Below, in pieces: positions 28,936 to 43,144 of a stretch of 64,000 bases of DNA; within the stretch, counting starts at the first letter, position 1; every line of letters begins with the position of its first letter. The stretch lies in assembly GCA_951406725.2 (NCBI GenBank), contig OX597823.1, positions 101,742,001 through 101,806,000 of the forward strand, in the 5' to 3' direction. The translations under genes and the position numbers were made by a program. The DNA comes from Octopus vulgaris. Taxonomy: Eukaryota. Below the pieces are notes generated by a model. The model ran no database searches, had not been told where the DNA came from, and saw nothing but the letters and a program-made list of their open reading frames with translations.

Positions 28936-29333
28936 CTTTCACTCTTTTACTTGTTTCAGTCAGTTGACTGCGGCCATGCTGGAGCACCGCCTTTAGTCGA
29001 GCAAATCGACCCAGGGACTTATTCTTTGTAAGCCCAGTACTTATTCTATCGGTCTCTTTTTGCCGAACCGCTAAGTGACGGGGACGTAAACACACCAGCA
29101 TCGGTTGTCAAGCAATGCTAGGGGGACAAACACAGACACACAAACACACACATACATATATATACATATATACGACAGGCTTCTTTCAGTTTCCGTCTAC
29201 CAAATCCACTCACAAGGCATTGGTCGGCCCGGGCTATAGCAGAAGAAACTTGCCCAAGATGCCACGCAGTGGACTGAACCCGGAACCATGTGGTTGGTTA
29301 GCAAGCTACTTACCACACAGCCACTCCTGCGCC
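28936..29333 (-). mobile_element. SINE family A, full length
   Basis: Same head, body and tail as 21240-21639. Confidence 0.92.
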
Positions 29334-29335
29334 TA

Positions 29336-29397
<62 letters not shown>

Positions 29398-29423
29398 TGC
29401 ATACATGTATACACACACACACG

Positions 29424-29472
<49 letters not shown>

Positions 29473-29596
29473 ACACGCACATATGTATGCATACGTGTGT
29501 AAAATATATGTTGTTTAACTGAAATTGTCTGTTATTAACTATCTGAGTTTTTATGCATATTCATATACACATGTGCATGAGTATGAGTGTGTGTGT

Positions 29597-29659
<63 letters not shown>

Positions 29660-29761
29660 AACTGTTATTATTCATTCATGTATCAAGATGGGATTTTTCT
29701 ATACACTGACTATATATCTCAAACTGTAATTCTTCAATACTTTATATCTATTATTTACAAC

Positions 29762-30160
<399 letters not shown>

Positions 30161-30730
30161 CAAACACAGAGAAGGCAGGCAGTTTGACAGCGTAATTCAA
30201 AAAGAAAATGGTAATAAAGGGGAAAAGAGAGTAGTGAAGGTGAAGAAATGGATTGGAGTCTGGCTTGTTTGAATGAAAATGAACATTTATAGTTGTCCCT
30301 TCATCAAACGATGTGTTTGTCATAACGTCTGGATGTTTTCTTATCCAGTTATGATATATAGTATTTCATTTATACACGGTGGATTAATTCTTATTTCTTT
30401 CACATTCGATCGAGTGGACACCGTGGACTAATGAACATTCAGGCCAACCGTTTATATTTGTATATTGATTTTTGTGTGCGTCGGTGTATGTGTGTAAGTG
30501 CAGACACTCACAAATCAATAAACAGTTACACACATAACCCCCCCCCCCCCATACATATATAAATACCCATCTGTATATACGAATACCCTCTTTCATATCG
30601 ACATACCACCTTGCCTTCTCCTCCCCACAGAACTGCATTTCCAATTGGCCCATATCACCCTCTTTCGACCACCTTTACTCATGCTTTTCTTTTTTTTTTT
30701 ATTATTCTACCACCTTTTCTCATTATTTTA

Positions 30731-30766
30731 TTTTTCTGAAAAAGACCAGCGTCCGAAACGTCAAGA
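30731..30766 (+). ncRNA. Minimal hammerhead-like relic
   Basis: tttt-CTGAAAA-a-gac(cagc)gtcc-GAAA-cg-TC-aaga; G8 mutated. Confidence 0.4.
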
Positions 30767-31200
30767 TTTTAAGCGATAAGCGAATACATTTGTTAAAGCT
30801 TGTCTCTCTCGTCTTGGTCTTCTTTTTGCGCTCGTTTCCAAATATGTACGCGCACACACACATACACACACATATCATGGTATCACGTTATCCACCAGTG
30901 TATTGGATGTTGTTATGAATCGCTGGCCACAATGCCCTTCGCATCGTTTTAGCTCGATGGCCAGACGAACAGACCAACCTTCCCCCTGGTTGGACGTTTA
31001 GTTTGTCGTGGATTACCTATTTACAGTTAAGCGAACTGGAGTAACGTGAAAGGAAATGTTTTGCTAAATAACAAAACACGCAGCAGATGTGGGAATCAAA
31101 ACCACAAATTCACGATCGTGAGTGCAACACCCCTAGCCACTAAGCCGGATGCCTTCATACACATACACACACATACATACACGCACAAACATACATATAC

Positions 31201-31231
<31 letters not shown>

Positions 31232-31249
31232 TGTATGTATGTATGTATG

Positions 31250-31312
<63 letters not shown>

Positions 31313-33323
31313 ATATATACATACACCAATGAACTTTGGTTGACTGCAGTATATTTCGTTTTATATATACTATCTTAGAATCCATACGAAACGACGGTAT
31401 TCTCTTCTGCCCTCTTCAGTAATTCCTGATGTCTTTACTTCAAACCTAACTTTAATTTCTTCTTGTGCTTCATTTTCTCTTGAAGCAGTTTTTTTTTTTT
31501 TTGCCCTTACTCTCATTTTCCTTTCACTGATTCACGTATTTCATTACTTCTCTCTACCTCTCTTCTTTCCATCTCTCCTTCCTTACTCGCACTTTTTCTT
31601 TGTCTTTCACTATTTCTTCTTTCCCTGTGTGCATTTCAGTGTCTGCCTGTCAGATTGCTGGATGACTTATGACACTCGTTCTTCTTCACACTCGGGGAAT
31701 CACCCACCAACCAATTTCTTTATGATATTTTAATCATTTATTTCACTTCGTTTCTCCCCTCTCAGCACACACACTGATTTCCCTTCCAACTAAACACAAA
31801 AGGTGAATGCAACAGTCAAAGATTTTGACATATGACTTGAATAAGAAAATTACTGAGACAGTTGTTGAGTATGTATTACGCACGCATGCGTGCGTTTGTG
31901 CATGTGTGTGTGTGTGTGTGTAAATTCACATGTATACATTTTAGAAATATACATTTAGGCTCGCTATTTAAATAGACCCATTGGTTAAACCTCTTCACTT
32001 CACTCACCTGCTTCACTCACCTGCTAACCCACAATATCTACTGTAGCATATTCTTCTATTTATGAATATATTCTGTCCTTCCAAAAACATGTTTGTTTCA
32101 TTTAATGCCTTATTTAAAATCAGGGTGGTGGGTTGTTGTCTATAAAATATAAATATGAGTTCTACGATTTGAGGTAAACCATATAAAAGTCCTACGACAA
32201 AATATGCTTGAGAGCACCCCAACCCACCATATCTGAGGCCTTTTGCCTAAGTCAGAAATTAATAGCAATAATGCTAAATCAATGAAGGCATAAGATAATC
32301 TAAATTAGTTGGACGCTATGGTAGAGGTGATAGGGTTAGTGGTGGTGGTGGTGGTGGCGCCGGCGGTGGTCGAGCAGTTGGAAACAATACCTCTTTTGGT
32401 GATGTCATTAATGGAGGTGGTTAAGATTGGTTGTAAAGGTGGTGGAGGTGTTGTTGTTGTTGTTGGTGGTGGTGCTGCTGCTGCTGGTACCGGTGCTGGA
32501 TGTGGTTCTAACGTAGTGGTGATTTTAGAAATCGTGGCAATTAATGGTTGCGATGGTGATTGTAGAGAAGACTTGTAGTGGTGGTGACGAAGGCGATGGC
32601 GAAAGTTATTGTAATAGTTGGGGTTATGGTGGGGATAGTGGTATAGCTAAGGATGGTGGTGGTGATGGGGATTGTGGTAACGGTTGTGTTGCTTGGGAGT
32701 GCTGGTGGTGGTGGTGGTGATGGGCGTGTTGTTTGTTACGGTAGAGTTTGTGTAGAGTGTGGACATTGTGTTAATGGTTGCTCTTATGGTTGTGGCAATA
32801 GTTGCGATAGAGATCGTGGAGGGAAGTATCTGATATGTCCCTGTGGATGTTGTGAGTAGATGGATGGGTGAGTGGTTGAAATGACTGTTATTCGAGTTTC
32901 TATTCACAAAGATAAGGGCGGGGAAGGGGGAGTGAAGTATTTAATAGAAAATAAGGATCAGGAATGGGAATAAGGAATATAGTCATGTTATTGTATAATT
33001 GTACATACATTAGTTCACACGCACACATGTATACTCCAAGTACACGTACAAACAGGCATACACACACGTATAGGTATAAACGCATACATGTATGCACACG
33101 GGCACGTATAAAGATATGCGCACACATTCGCACACACACAAACATAGTCGCACACTCGGAAACATACAGATAAGTGTGCACGTATGTACACCAACACATA
33201 TACCCATGTACACATTATTATATCATTAGATACAAGTGCTTGAACACACACAGTCTTAATCATACTTCTTTTAAATCTGTTTTACACATCCACTCCATGA
33301 CACGGAAAACCTCTTTCTTTCTC

Positions 33324-33355
<32 letters not shown>

Positions 33356-33431
33356 CCCTCTCTCGCTCTCTCCCTCTGTATCTCTCTCCTACATATGCAC
33401 AAGCATCGTCTTCCTTGTTGTTGCACGCAAA

Positions 33432-33466
<35 letters not shown>

Positions 33467-33828
33467 TTTTTCTCCCACACACATATGCACTCAACTTTGT
33501 TCGGCTACACACACACGCACACACATACACACACACATACATACATACACACACACTGCCTCTCTCTCCTTCATTCTCTCTCCCTTCTCTCTCTCATTCT
33601 TTCCCTCTGTCTCTCCCTTTCTCTCCTTCCACTCTGTCTATCACACCGCTACGTCATACCCAACACTCCCCCACCCCACCCCATGACCATGAAATCATTA
33701 ATCATCTTTTAAAACATGGAAACATGTGTGAGGGGAAACTATTCTCCGCCTCCTCACCCTTTTACTCTCCTTCCCCTTTCATCTCCCCTTCAACCTAACC
33801 ACATTTCAGGTCCGCTACTCTCTATCCC

Positions 33829-33893
<65 letters not shown>

Positions 33894-34053
33894 ACACACA
33901 CACACACACACACACATCTCTCGTCAAACTACAAATCTTCTCCATTTTGCAATTTCAAGATTTCTCTAATTCGGTTAACATTTCTTAATGGATTGAAATT
34001 CTTTGATTGGTAGTATGCTTGTTGTTGCTGTTGTGGTGGTGGTTGTTACCATT

Positions 34054-34160
<107 letters not shown>

Positions 34161-34356
34161 GGCAGCGAGCTGGCACAATGGTTAGCACGCCGGGCAAAAT
34201 CCTTAGCGGCATTTCGTACGTTTTCACGTTCTGAGTTCAAATTCTGCCGAGGTCGACATTGTCTTTCATCTTTTCTGGGTCGATAAAATAAGTACCGGTG
34301 GAATACTGAGGTTGAGTTTCTCGAACTTGCTGGCCTTGTGCCAAAATTTGAAACCA
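34161..34356 (+). mobile_element. SINE family B inside (ATT)n
   Basis: ggcagcgagctggca..gagttcaaattctgccgaggtcgac. Confidence 0.85.
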
Positions 34357-35365
34357 TTATTATTATTATTATGGCGGCGAGCTTCATAACTTAAGCAAAT
34401 ACGGTGAAGTATATGCTTCACAGATGAGGTTCAATAAGAACGAAGCATGTCCAGCGGTGTTTTCCATTCTTGTTCAAGTAATTTTAGTAATAACAGTTAT
34501 TAAGGTAATTCTATGAGCTTGAACAATTTGAATATTCATTGTCATATGTCTTTCTGATATTTTATGATGACTCGAAGTTCAGCTCCAATCGGTTCCACTG
34601 AGATTTGACAATGTCTTACTTCGTATCGGGCATGCATGTGAATATTTGTATCATTTTGGATATGTATGTAAATGTGAGTATATTTGTGTATGTTATTATG
34701 AAAGTGTGCATGTATAAGGGTATTTGTGGGTGTATGTGTATGCGTGTGTGAACGAGTATACACGTGGAAGGAAGATGTGTTTGAAGTAATGATATCTAAA
34801 TTTATGTCTGTGCGTGTTTATATGCGCGCACGTGAGAGAGTATGTGTATATGTGATTGTGTATGCGTATGCGTGCCACCGAGTGGGTTTGTATGCGTATG
34901 TGTATATTTTCACCAGATGACATAACAAGGTAGTTACTGAGTCATTGACAGAAATTTGAGACCTCCACTAGTCTGACTTCTATTTGATACCCTAACCAGC
35001 CAAATTTCTCTGAAATCAAACCTTACCCTTTACCATTTATGCACACACACAAATACACACACATACGTACACGTACAAATACACATACACACACACACAC
35101 ACGCACACATTAATGTTTGTTTTATGTGAAGTTAGTTATATCTAAAATCAATTTAACATTAAACCGAAGGATCACTGAATAGTTTTTAGGGCAAAAATTT
35201 ATAAATTTTCACAAAGAAAATGCGGACAGTGACTTCGATGTTTCGACTTACTAGCCGTCAGAGAGCTAATAAGGCAAATGATTGTTATTATTACTATTAT
35301 TAGAATTATTGATATTTCAAGATTGAAGTTACTCTTCACGAAGGTAAAGAAACAAGAATGCGATT

Positions 35366-36024
35366 GTTATTGGTAATAAGTAGAGATTGACACTTTTTTT
35401 ATTAAAATGAAAATGAAACGAATGAACAATATTTCGACACGCCGTGTGTCTTTTACAAATACAAAATATAAAATGAAATTAATTCAAAGAGAGGAAACGC
35501 TGAAACATTCAAAATTAAATCGGAATAACTGCGTTTCTTTCCAAGTAAAATGACGTCATTAGTCTTCGGTCTTTCACAAAAGGTAGCAGATGGAAAGAAA
35601 GAATAAAAAAAAAGAAAAGAATTGAAGGAAAAAAATTATTCAGTCAAAAAGTTTAGTATAAATATGGTGGAATTCATCTGCCATTTTATTAATTCCTCCA
35701 GGCTGAGATATCAACAGCTCACAAATATTTCTATCCTTATAGGTTTTGAGGACTGAAAGTGCAGTGGAGTGGCAGTATTTTTTTTCTTTTTTTTTTGAGA
35801 ATGCGCACCATCAGGTCCTCCTCAAATTTACACCTGTTTGATGTGAAATGCTCCGTAAGTTCCGTGGAACCACTGACGTCATACCTATCAGCGTTTCCTA
35901 TCTTTGAATTTAATTTCATTTTATATTTTGAACTTGTAAAAGACACACAGTGTGTCGAAATATTGTTCATTCATTTCATTTTCATTTTAATCAACAGAGT
36001 TAATCTCTATTTATTACCAATAAC
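35366..36024. repeat. About 138-bp diverged inverted repeat
   Basis: 35366-35503 vs 35888-36024, roughly 85-90% by eye. Confidence 0.85.
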
Positions 36025-36162
36025 GAAAATCTGCGGTTTTGTTCTTACGTTAGAAACTGCAATTGTTAAATCATTACAAAAAGATGGAAACCAAATTAGA
36101 TTTTGTAAACTTCCATCCGGTTGTTTCATTAGTTGATGACTATACTGTTCTTCCCTCTCCAG

Positions 36163-36263
36163 ATCCTTGCGGATTACGGGATGAAGATGGTGTGCAAGTA
36201 CTCAATAGGATTAACAATATAGCACGTAAAAAGGTGGAAGAGTTTCTTACTGAGAAACAAACG
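36163..36263 (+). CDS. Candidate internal coding exon of an unidentified gene
   Basis: ttcttccctctccAG acceptor; open non-repetitive frame (D)PCGLRDEDGVQVLNRINNIARKKVEEFLTEKQT; ACG|gtcagt donor. No family recognised. Confidence 0.5.
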
Positions 36264-36833
36264 GTCAGTCGCAAATGGGAACAGATGAGCAACATTTGGT
36301 TATCTTTTTGTTGAAATATACAATGCTGTGTGCTCGTATTGCCTCCTAAGCTTATGGCATTTTTATGGAGTTCCACATACTCCTATAAATAGGATGGTGA
36401 CAGTTGAATTGTCTATAGTCAAAGATTATGTGATTGGAATTAAATAACGACTGCGATAGCAACAGTAACAATCTGGAAAAGCGTTAAAGACATGGTGAGG
36501 AATTGAAGAGATTTATTGGACGATAATGAAAGGTGTGGATTGCTGTAAGGAAAACAAAGAAAGCGAGGTTAAGGGAAAAGGGAGCTTGGACGTGCTAACA
36601 GTGAGAAAAGGGAGGTAGCAAGGAAGGGTGATGAAGGGAAGTAGAGAGATTAATCAAGGGAAAGGCAGATAAAAAGAATTAGGAGGGCGGCAGAGAGAGG
36701 GAGAGAGAGAGAAGATGCAAGAGAGAAAGAGTTAATATTGAGAGAAAGGAAGTAGCGAGAGAGAAGCAAAGAGGTAAACGAGAGAGAGTAAAGAAGAGAG
36801 AAATACTCAGGGAAAAGAGCTTCAGAGAGAGAA

Positions 36834-36918
<85 letters not shown>

Positions 36919-37184
36919 GAGTGAGCGAATGAGGAGAAGCAACTCTGAGAAGAGAGAAGATAGTAATCAGAGAGAGCGAGTGTAGAAATACGATGAAAGA
37001 GATATGTTTTTTCCAGATTTCTACGGCTGCAGAGGTGCTAGAAATGGATGACAGCCACAACGCAGTCATTTGGTTACATTTTATTCAGGTTTTATGAAAT
37101 TATTTTTCTTTCGTTTATTTCTTCACTGGATCGTGTGGATGCGTGTGCATGCGTGTACATGTGTATGTGTGTGTTTTTATTTGA

Positions 37185-37493
37185 GTTCTTGTTGGAGTAT
37201 TCGACTCACAATCGTAAGGTAGTCATTTCGATTCCTGGTGACACGCTGTGTCCTTGAGCAAGACACTTTATTTCACGTTGCTCAAGTCAACTCAGCTGGC
37301 AAAAATGAGTTGTACCTGTATTTCAAAAGGCCAGCCTTGTCACAATCTGTGTCACGCTGAATATCTTCCAAGAACTACGTTAAGGGTACACGTATCTGTG
37401 GAGTGCTCAGCCACTTGCGCATTAATTCCACGAACAAACAATTCCATTGGTCGGATCAAATGGAACCTTCGTCGTCGTAACTGACGGAGTGCC
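37185..37493 (+). mobile_element. tRNA-derived SINE family D
   Basis: ttcgattcctgg B-box-like, then gtgtccttgagcaagacacttt; fragments elsewhere (23494, about 58720). Confidence 0.8.
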
Positions 37494-37961
37494 TTTGTGT
37501 GTAATGATCTTTACTTTTTTTAGGTTGCTTTTGTCATGACGACTACGGCCACGCTGGAGCACCGCTTTCATATACATACGAATGCGTTCGTACTTGTGCT
37601 TGCGTATCGTATATATGGGCGATTGAGTAGTGTGACGCCGTGCTGGTGTGGGCGAGATGGTTATGGTTGTCTTTTGATATTATACCCTACATAATAACAC
37701 ATACACACACATTAGACACACACACGCACATACACACAAACACACACATTTACACGCAAGCATACAGAAAAAAAGAAATATTTAAAAAATATAAAAATTT
37801 ATATATTGAAAGAGAGAAAATACTGTTAGGCCATTTATTGAGAATAAGTGTAAACAGAAAACTCATAACTAATGTGTGTTCGATGGAATACATACATACA
37901 TACATACATACCCATGCACATATAAACATAGAACAAATGGATAGAGAAATGGTAGACATAT

Positions 37962-38025
<64 letters not shown>

Positions 38026-38344
38026 CAGACAGATATATACACATAGATATACGTCTCCTTTTTTTCCATTTTATTACATAACGAAACGCTTTAGTATTTT
38101 GTTTTGCTTTATTATACTTTTTTCCTTGGTAATTCCAATAGTAGCAGTAAATAACACCGCCTGACGGTTCTATCTAGCTTTGATCTTTTGTGGTATTGGT
38201 TATTGCATACATCGATCACTTATTTCTAGGAGTACTAGTTGACTACCGTGAACATTTTTTAGTATTACTTGTTATACTCTGTGACTATTTGGACAATTTT
38301 TATAGAGGTAAAGTACATTTTGGTCTATGTATGTGTGTATTTAT

Positions 38345-38718
38345 GCACGTATGTATGCAAATACGTATGTATGCATGTATGTATGTATGTATGTATGTAT
38401 CTATGTATGTATGTATGTATGTATGTATGTATGTATGTATGTATGCATGCATGCATGCATGTACGTAAGTATGTATGTATGTTTGTATGTTTGTATGTAT
38501 GTATGCATGCATGTATGTACGTATGTATGTATGTATGTATGTATGCATGCATGTATGTACGTATGTATGTTTGTATGTATGTATGCATGCATGTATGTAC
38601 GTATGTATGTATGTATGCATGCATGTATGTACGTATGTATGTTTGTATGTATGTATGCATGTACGTACGTATGTGTGTATGTATGTATGTATGTACGTAT
38701 GTATGTATCTATGTATGA
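38345..38718. repeat. (TATG)n microsatellite with TGCA/TACG variants
   Basis: Seen directly. Confidence 0.95.
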
Positions 38719-39070
38719 ATGAATGTTTGTTCTCTTTCTCTTTTTAATTTTAGAGGAACGTTTGACCGGCCCCCTACTTGGTAGCAGGGTTGTGAAGGAA
38801 ATATCTCCTTTTAACCATTATCCTTTAAACCTTAAGAAGGTCTTGTAATTTTTTATAGTCTCCGATATCGTGATCATTTGTGGCATATCAGTTAAGGATT
38901 TGCATTCTCTCTCCGAAATCTCAATTTCAACCATACTTTGTATGTATATATGTATGTATGTATTTAGTTATGTATGTATGTATGTATGTATGTATGTATG
39001 TATGTATGTATGTATGTATGTATGTATATATATGTATGTATGTATATATATATGTATGTATGTATATATG

Positions 39071-39103
<33 letters not shown>

Positions 39104-40601
39104 TTAGGTAGGTACGTACGTGCGTGGGCAGGTAGATTTGATAGTAAATAGGTAGGTAGGTAGATACGTACATACGCACGGACGTATTGATGTCTGAATG
39201 GATTGAAATGTATATGTGTGCTTATGTATGCATGCATATATGTAAGTGAATTTGGTACACGGAAGTGTACGCTATCTATGTCAGTGCATAAGCTTACCTG
39301 TATTAACGGGTATTGTGTTCTATCCCCGTTTCTTAAATATGCAACATATCATCTGTAAGAATTATTGTACAGCGGTACAAGAAGCAAGGTCACATCCAAC
39401 ATCGACTGCCAGGCAATGAAAGTGAACACTGCATAATATATTCATTCCAATCGACCATCCGATCAGTTCTATTGTCTACAAACCTTGCCATATTTCAAGA
39501 CAGATTTTACAACGAAAATAAAAACCGAAGAAGAAAATGTAAAAACAGGGTTATTATTCAGAAAAGCCTATTTTATCAGTATCAATGGTAAATAATCTAA
39601 AAAATTAATGCAGGGACATCAATGTAGAAGATTTACATATTGAGATTTAGTAAATATCTTGTCTTACGTATGTGTGATGGTGGACTATCGTTGTTTTTCC
39701 ATTTTCCATCACTGATTTTCAAAATGGCGGCATTTTGAAAGAACCATTTGTGCGTCTGATCGATAACTTTCCTTCCTATACAGAAAGTTATCAATTTCTC
39801 TTCATTGATTCAATCTTTAATGAAGGCGTGCGATCGCAAGATTGCGGTTTCGTTTACCGGACCGGATGGTGTGCTGCGTTCCTGAGCAAAAAATCTCCAT
39901 TTCACGTTGCTCCTATTTACTCAGCTGTATATGTGCGACCTTGCGCCAGACTAGTGTCCCGTTCAGGGAGAATGTTCTGATTTCGGTCACTTATACGCCA
40001 TAAAAACTTGGTAACTGGCTGTGAGTCCTTGAACTTGAGAAATAGCTTCATTTTCATTCTTTCTCTGTTTCTCTTTTGCCTCTTTTAATTCTCTTTTTCT
40101 ACTTCTCTTTCTCGTCTTTTACTTCCACCACCTACTACTACTACTACTACTACTACGTCGTCGCCGTCGTCAACGAACTTTGCTTCTGTGACCTTGTTTG
40201 ATTGCATTCTATCTTCCTTTAAAACAAACGATTTTTTGTGCCGTTCTACCATCCAACCCTGCCCTCGTATCCCCTGTTTGTTTTTTTCAATCGCCTTCTT
40301 CTTCTTCAGAGCGGATGCTGTATGTTGTCCATCACCACGACAAATCCAATCGCATAGCAACATCAACCACTCTTATAGGCTTCTTACAACACTTCTTTTC
40401 TTTTCCTATCTCACAATTAAATCGAACCGAATATTAAACCATTTCTGGTCTACTGGTTTTAGAGAGCTCTGGGAGGCAACGCTAATGTCTCTGTTACACG
40501 GATAGGATAAAACATATTCTTTTATTCTGGCGTCTGTTCGTTAATCCGTCAATCCCTTTCCCATGTTCAAACTAATCACCTACTTGTCTTTCTAATTCAT
40601 C

Positions 40602-40660
<59 letters not shown>

Positions 40661-40909
40661 CTATCTGTCTATCTATTTATCTATCTCTGTAGTTTTTCAT
40701 CGGTCTATTTCGTATTAATTTCCAAACACGCATACACACACATACACACACATACATGCACACTCACAAACGCATACACACATACACATAATACACATAC
40801 ATGCCAATGTATAGCGATAGTGAAGGAGATGGATAGATGAAGAGAGGAGGGTTATTTTAGTGTGTGTGTTTGTATCTGTGTATGTATGTGTCTCTATATG
40901 TCTAAGTGT

Positions 40910-40974
<65 letters not shown>

Positions 40975-41551
40975 ACGCCTGTAGACGAGTATGTGATGTA
41001 TTTGTTTGTGCCTATCTGTCTAAGCGTGTCTGTCTTTGTGAGTGTATGCTTGTGTTTGTGTCTGTATGTGCGTGTGTATCAGTGTGAGTGTCAAAACAAA
41101 GCAGCTGTCTCATTGAATGCAGTGTCTCGCGAGAACCTTTGGCATTCGAATTGGAACCAAGTTTCCAAGCTGAACTTTGCCAGCAGACGGCTACTGGGTC
41201 ACACGTCACATTGTCATGTTATATATAATATAAACGGTTTTTTAGCTTCACCTCTCGAGTTGACTCTTTCGCTGTTAATAGTGATACCTTATAAGCATGA
41301 AGCTCAACTCTTACAGGGGAGAGGAAATAGGCACACATATTTTTTTTGTGTTGCTTTTTTTGTGGTTCCTTTTTTCTTTGCGAAAGGGCAGTCGTCACTA
41401 AAGTAAAATTATTTCAACTGACAACTGAAATATACTCATGAATTCTCAAATAATTTAGTTACGAATATAGGACTAATATTAATTAACGTAAACAGCATTA
41501 AGCCAGTTTATTTTCCAGCAAATGATTTTGGACTGAAAGGGCAGCAAGAAA

Positions 41552-41656
<105 letters not shown>

Positions 41657-41730
41657 CATTGAATAACGCAGGGCTAAACAATTTACAGAATATAGCATTG
41701 GGAAAGAGAAGTGTCAACAATAAAATAACA

Positions 41731-42487
41731 GTTCCAAACTTTGGCACGAGGATAAAAGGAGTGGACGACCTCGGTGCAATTTGAGCTCAGAACGTAATGA
41801 CGAATGAAATGCTGGTAAGCATTTTGCCCGGCGTGCTAAGGAGTCCTCTAGTTGCCGTCTTGCAAAGCAACGAAATAATCATTCTACATTAGGTACAATG
41901 CCTGAAATTTTTAGAGAGGTTAATCGATTATATCGACTCCAGTGTTTAGCCTCGGCGAAATTTGAACTCCGAATGTAAAGACGGACGATGTGCCGCTAGG
42001 CATTTTGCCCAGCGTGATAACGATTCTGCCAACTCGCCGCCTTAGCAATAAAATAATCCTTTCTGCTATAGACACAAGACCATAAATTCTAGGGGAAGGG
42101 ACTAGTCGATTACATCGACCCAGCGCATAACTGATTCTTAACTTATCACATCGACCCGTTTTTCACTGATATTTAATTTATCGAAGTCGAAAGGACGAAA
42201 AGCAAAGTCGACCTCGGCGGAATTTGAACTCAGAACGCAAAGACAGGCGAAATACCTATTTCTTTACTACCCACGAGGGGCTAAACACAGAGGGGACAAA
42301 CAAGGACAGACAAACGGATTAAGTCGATTATATCGACCCTAGTGCGTAACTGGTACTTAATTTATCGACCCCGAAAGGATGAAAGACAAAGTCGACCTCG
42401 GCGGAATTTAAACTCAGAACGTAACGGCAGACGAAATACCGCGAAGCATTTCGCCCAGCGTGCTACGTTTCTGCCAGCTCACAGCCT
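41731..42487 (-). mobile_element. Cluster of about 4 co-oriented SINE family B copies
   Basis: Core cctcggcg..atttgaactc.gaa recurs near 41770, 41950, 42212 and 42396. Confidence 0.85.
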
Positions 42488-42488
42488 C

Positions 42489-42518
<30 letters not shown>

Positions 42519-42519
<1 letters not shown>

Positions 42520-43072
42520 CCCTGATGCAGTACCAGGCAGTGGCTCTCATGGCTTCTGATCTTAACTGATTGGAAGTGTTATCATGTACATTGTTTTGTC
42601 TTGGTATAAAAGATGGGCTACAGCAAATATTCTGCTCAATACCACAAATTTGCTTGTCAGTTATTTGACCTTAACCAGTTGAGCATGTCCCTTAGTGGCT
42701 GACAATACGTGCATCTCTGATCACGAGCAGAAGTAGTGGGGGAGCATCATGGCCATGTGTTGAGAGGGATTCTTTGGAGTTTGAATAATTCACCTCTGGA
42801 AACATAGGTGTTTCGTTCAACATCCTAAAGCAACTCTTATTCAGGGACCTTTTGAGCAGGATGGGCTACTCAACCTGAAGAAAATTCTAACTGGGCCCCA
42901 CCTGCAAGGTCATGTGCTGTTTATCTTGATATGAGATTACCATGTCGCGCACATATGGTTGTGATGCATGTGCCTGGTGTACCTTTATCAGACGGGTAGT
43001 CATGATGGGTATATTGGGCTTCGTATATTTTACCCCAGTGTCACTTTGATGGCATGAACTGCTCTCTCACTC
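42519..43072 (+). mobile_element. 554-bp non-coding insertion in a (TAA)n tract
   Basis: Sharp boundaries with (AAT)n on both sides; no ORF, TIR or tRNA head. Strand inferred from tail-like (AAT)n. Confidence 0.55.

Positions 43073-43144
<72 letters not shown>

Noticed and set aside
32309-32907. Val/Gly/Thr-rich ORFs (also 19983-20180)
   Set aside because: Decayed (GGT/GTT)n low-complexity sequence.
39298-39352. Minus-strand 55-nt segment with good acceptor (ttacag) and donor (CAG|gtaagc)
   Set aside because: Stops in all three frames; could be a non-coding exon, but there is no other evidence.
39721-39731. Perfect YY1-like AAAATGGCGGC
   Set aside because: Single motif without other promoter context.
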